Of a stretch of DNA of 13,180 nt, positions 8,962 through 13,180 are shown one piece after another. Position 1 is the first letter of the stretch, and every line of letters begins with the position of its first letter. Source of the stretch: Azolla caroliniana (lineage: Eukaryota > Plantae > Polypodiophyta); contig JBHGNT010000985.1 of NCBI GenBank assembly GCA_043228905.1, positions 1 through 13,180 on the forward strand, written 5' to 3'. The translations under genes and the position numbers were made by a program. The notes under the pieces were generated by a model, which saw only the letters and a program-made list of their open reading frames with translations, made no database searches and had not been told where the DNA came from.

Positions 8962-9380
8962 TGTTACCGGCCGGCAAGGAGTCCAAAATACGGAGTGAAG
9001 GAATTAATTAAGTATGGTTGTAAATGAGCATAGTGTGGACGGACGGACTGGAAACGGTATGCCGTTCCAGATCCGGACGGATCCCGAATAGGTGCGATAG
9101 GCACCGTTTTGTACTACGGGCCGGAAACCTATTTAAAGGCCCGGACCCCATTGTAATCGCAGCGGATAATTAATAGAGCTTATGATGTTTATACTTCTGT
9201 ATTGACTTCCGTTCTGTAATTACTGTTATATCTTACGCGTGTAATTAACCAAAGCATTCTAATCGTGTAACCTACGTAAGTCGGTGTAATCGTTGAATCT
9301 TAATCCTATGCCGTAATCACCCTTTGGTGAAGTGTCTCCGTGACACCTTGTGTTAGGCCTTGTCCGGCTAGCGAATAACA
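8962..9380 (+). repeat. 419-bp family-A 5' LTR (LTR-A3)
   Basis: TGTTA...TAACA termini, about 96% identical to LTR-A2 by manual count, followed by a PBS and gag. Confidence 0.96.
9130..9137 (+). promoter_or_regulatory. Putative TATA box of LTR-A
   Basis: TATTTAAA within CCTATTTAAAGG, identical in LTR-A2 and positionally matched in LTR-B. Confidence 0.55.
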
Positions 9381-9386
9381 CAGTTT

Positions 9387-9397
9387 TGGCGACCACA
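9387..9397 (+). other. Primer-binding site, probably tRNA-Arg(UCG)
   Basis: TGGCGACCACA, 6 nt (CAGTTT) after the LTR end, complementary to the recalled plant tRNA-Arg(UCG) end ...UGUGGUCGCCA. Confidence 0.8.
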
Positions 9398-9431
9398 ATT
9401 CCTGCGTTCTCGCAGCGAACGACGGTAATGG

Positions 9432-12400
9432 ATGACTAGACCAACGCACGACTTGGTTACAGACCGAGCTTGACGCCTCGCCGAACGGCAAAGACGGCGT
9501 GAGACTTTCCAGCAAGCAGCGCACGAAATTCGCTCGGATCGTTCGTTCTCCAACGAGATCCGGAGAGTCGCGGAGGAATCTCTTCGGTTACAGCAAACTC
9601 GCGACCAGGACGACGAAAGCAGTCTAAGCAGTCTCCGGGAAACCGAACGCCTCCTCGAGGCGCTGGCAGGCGGAGAAAACGAGGCAGAAGCCTTTTCAGC
9701 CTACGAATCGGATTCCGAAGGGGGATACAGCGTGCACACAAACTACAGGAGCAGCAACGATACCCCCGACGGCCCGGAGGACGACGGGTCGGATACCGTG
9801 CCGACTCCAGAACCGGAACCGCAAACGGAAGCCGTCAACCCATCAACACCGGAAGTGGAAGAAGCAAAGCCACCGACACCAACGAAAGAGCCGGCAAAGG
9901 TACCGGAAGACGAGCCGGTGAAAGAACCGGAAAAAGAACCGGAAGAGGAACCGGAAAAAGCACCGGCAAAACAACCGGAAGTGGAACCGGAGAGGAAACC
10001 GGAAAGATATCAACAAACGCCACTAAACCGCGGCCTAATACTGGACGACGACATGCCGTTCCAATACTCAAAGTATCGCGATGATCCGGACGCGGAAGCG
10101 CATGTTCATGCCTTCGAGCAGACATGGGAAGCAAATCACACGTCCCAGCGAATGACACCGGAGGAAGAAGAACGCTCGAAGATAGCGGAGTTCGGGGTCA
10201 CGTTGGAAGGACCAGCGACACGATGGCGGCGGACGCAGGACCCGGCGACCATTACAACCTTTGCAGAATTAAAAGCAAAATTCTTGCATTTTTTCCACAA
10301 GGAGGTCGACCAGACGACAATGGTGGGCCTGTTTTATACGATTCGACAGGAGGCAGGGGAAAGCATTCCCCAATTCGTCATCCATTTCCAACGAATGCAT
10401 AGCCAGCTTGCCCGTGCACCCCCGGAGGAGGAATTACGGACGATATTTTTAAACGCACTTCGGGAACCATTACGCACGGTGTGTACGGTAATCGACTTTC
10501 GAGGAAGCACCATTGACCAGGTCATTGACCGGGTCAGAGAAATGGAAAAGTCAAGCTCATGGCTTACACTGGGAACACTGCAACGGGCGTTACCCACCGA
10601 GGAAGATCTCCGGTTCCGGCAGGCAATTCAATGCACAATCTGCTTGAATGCCGGACACTCGGCAGTGGAGTGCACCATGCGAACCCAGTGTGTGATTTGT
10701 CAATCCAAGAGTCATACAACAGACCGGTGCGAGTATAACCTGTTAAACCAACAAGCACCACCCGTCCGACGGATCGAGCCAAGAAGCAGCCGAGACGAAG
10801 ATGAAGATCGTTGGCAAAAAATGAACCGGTACCGACCGGCACAGGATGTCCGGTACGGAGACAGACAAGAGAATGATGGCCGGTACGGGAATCGGCATGA
10901 TAACTACGACCGGTATGAGCGATCGGACCGTTATCGGGAGCCCAACAGGCGACACGAGCAATACGACAAAGACCATTCCCCTGGTTACCGAAGGCACCAG
11001 GAGGACTACGGCCGATTTTACGATCCACCACGACAGGACTACCGAAATAAAAATAAGAATAATAAGAAACGTAATTTCAAGAAAGGTGGTCACCCTAGGG
11101 ACCCGGAACATGGAACCCCAAGGAGCCAACCGGCACAGAACGCACCACTCACTACGGGACCGACTCCGGCTACCAGCAATGCTGAATCCAGCAATACCCG
11201 TAAAGAGTACTGCTACTACTGCAGGCAGGAAGGCCACTACAGTAACCAGTGCCCGGTAAAGAGCTACGAGAAACGACCAGCAGTTAATATGGTGGTTCCG
11301 GAAGTAGCGGATATACAGCAAGTAACCACACGGTCGAAAGGCATGGCCAAAGAATGGGAAACACAAGAGGCCATACGAAAACAGGCGACGGAATGGGTGA
11401 AGGAAGCCAATGAAAGGAACGTCGCGGACGCGGAACGACAAAAGGCGAATACCATAGGGAGTGTCGGCGGTAGCCACCCAGAAAACGAGACATGGCAAGC
11501 ACTGCAAGAATGTCAGATCACGTTGCCATTAGGACGACTCTTGCAACTCGTGCCGCGATTTACGGAAGGACTAAAAACGGGCATGACAGACGGTATAGCC
11601 CCACCGGCACCAGTCCTCTTCTCGAACCCGGAGGAGGGACCGACGGTGGTGGACACTAGCAGTCCGGTGATTACAGCTATTGTCAAAGGGCACGAACTTC
11701 CCGGCACAGTAATCGATGGATGTTCCGGGGTGAACGTAATAAGCCTCCGCACGTGTGAGGCCTTGGGTATACATGAATGGGAGCCATGTCCGTTCTGGCT
11801 ACGGATGGCGGATACAAGCTCTGTACGGCCGACGAGCTTAATACGGAAATTGGAAGTCACCATAGGAGGCCACACATTTCACATCTCGGCTGTAGTGCTG
11901 CAGCTACAGGCGCAAGGCGCGTACCCACTGTTGCTGGGCAGACCATGGTTGAAAACAGCACACATCAAGCAAAATTGGCGGAAAAATATGATCACCTTCC
12001 GGCGCGGAAAAGCCAAGGTCCGGGTACCGACACAACCACGGACAAGCAACGGTAAGGAATGCACACCGCTATATGCGGAATGCGTGAACATGCTTGAAGG
12101 GTTGGCAGACGACGAAGAAGCCCAGTACTTGGAGGAACACCCGAAGATCGTACCACTCTTCGAGATTGACGTGGCTGAAGCCGTAGCGCCATACTTGCCA
12201 CAACGGGACGAAACCGAAGCCGAACCAGACAAAGATGCGATTCGGGAATTACGGCAAGCACAGGAAGCGTTGGAACGGGAAATGGCCGTTTCCCAACGGG
12301 TAAAAGCATCCCAGCTCGACGAAGTGAACCTAGGAAGCAAGGACGAATCAAAGCCGGTACACATCGCCAAAGAAATGAAGCCGGAAGATAAAGCGGCGAT

Positions 12401-13180
12401 GATCAAACTTCTCACGGAGTTTCGCGACGTATTCGCCTGGTCATACGAAGACATGCGAGGGCTGGACCCTCAATTATATCAGCATCAGATCCACTTAGGC
12501 AAGGACGCGAAACCAGTGGCGCAAAGACGTTACCGAATGAACCCCAACTACGCCGCCAAAGTGAAGGAGGAAATCGACAAACTCCTAAGAGTGGGCTTCA
12601 TCCGGCCGGTAAAGAAAGCGACGTGGCTGAGCCCCATCGTCGTCGTCCCCAAGAAGAACGGTAAAATCCGCGTGTGTGTAGATTACAGGAAACTAAATGC
12701 CGCCACAATTACGGATGCATTCCCTCTTCCGTTCACGGATGGAGTACTGGATGCCGTCGCCGGCCATGAAGTTTATAGCTTTTTAGACGGCTTCAGCGGA
12801 TACAATCAAATCCGGATGCACCCCGACGACCAGGAGAAGATAGCGTTCGTCACCGAATGGGGGGTGTTTGTGGCCGAAGTAATGATGTTCGGCCTAAAAA
12901 CGGCACCAGCAACTTTCCAGCGAATCATCATGGAGATCTTCGGCGAATACATTCCTGCCTTCATGCAGGTTTTCCTGGATGATTTTGCAGTCTATAGCCG
13001 GGGAAAAGACCATTTGCAGCACCTACGGTTATGCCTTGAAAAGTGTAGGTTATACCGGCTAAGCTTAAACCCAGCAAAATGCATCTTTGGGGTTTCAAGT
13101 GGAATCTTACTGGGACACATTGTAAGTGAGGGCATTGCGGTCGACCCGGACAAAGTAAACGCGATACTAGGGGCACCGGC
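9432..13180 (+). CDS. gag-pol: E3 Gag-Pol polyprotein (gag capsid, 3 CCHC knuckles, aspartic protease, RT), 3'-partial, with one early stop
   Basis: Hand translation gives ATG at 9432, TGA at 9471, then an open frame to the window end. Motifs: LEGPATRW / RQEAGESI (gag), CX2CX4HX4C at 10632, 10689 and 11211, VIDGCSGVN (Asp at 11715), LLLGRPWL, DVFAWSYEDM, RVCVDYRKLN, LDGFSGYNQI, MMFGLKTAPATFQ, FLDD (12972-12983). It is absent from the ORF track, presumably because it has no stop in the window. Confidence 0.93.
9900..10005 (+). repeat. Degenerate 12-bp repeats (GAACCGGAAxxx) encoding an EPEK/EPEE-rich Gag linker
   Basis: KEPEKEPEEEPEKAPAKQPEVEPERKPE in the gag frame. Confidence 0.8.

Larger units (their letters stand above)
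8962..13180 (+). mobile_element. E3: family-A Ty3/gypsy LTR retrotransposon, 5' half, truncated by the window end
   Basis: LTR, PBS, gag, protease and RT in order. Inserted antisense into E2 pol. The expected TSD is CATCC (8957-8961). Confidence 0.95.

Noticed and set aside
8962-9380. Hammerhead ribozyme (retrozyme-type) in the LTR
   Set aside because: I found no CTGANGA...GAAA core by eye.
12972-12983. FLDD instead of YxDD as an inactivated or novel RT
   Set aside because: Both catalytic aspartates are intact and F/Y variation at this position is known among reverse transcriptases.
9835-13176. Antisense and off-frame ORFs over gag-pol (for example 10743-11507 and 11879-12454), and plus-strand ORFs over E1 and E2
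   Set aside because: They are shadows of long GC-rich reading frames and have no recognisable motifs.

Overview
The whole window is a nest of Ty3/gypsy LTR retrotransposons (non-chromovirus, Athila/Tat-like RT, no chromodomain). The host is most likely a land plant, possibly a non-seed plant. No host genes are visible. E1 (minus strand) is a decayed element: RNase H end plus integrase at 3611-1961, then an extra ORF after pol. That ORF is split by two near-identical inverted family-A LTRs (1-180 and 1195-1613), and the 1-kb segment between them has been flipped. E2 (minus strand, 8961-3612) is inserted in the RNase H of E1 and shows integrase, a roughly 1000-codon extra ORF and a 389-bp family-B 3' LTR. 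E3 (plus strand, 8962 to the window end) is inserted in the pol of E2 and shows a 419-bp family-A 5' LTR, a tRNA-Arg PBS and one gag-PR-RT frame that the ORF track misses. The most striking signal is at the 3' end of E2. Where a polypurine tract should be, the sense strand instead reads like the 3' end of a tRNA-Arg (...CCGGGCGTGCCA), 2 nt before the 3' LTR, with the same split layout as the ordinary PBS of E3. This suggests plus-strand priming by a second tRNA or a tRNA mimic. The tRNA matches come from my recall of plant tRNA and PBS sequences, not from a search.
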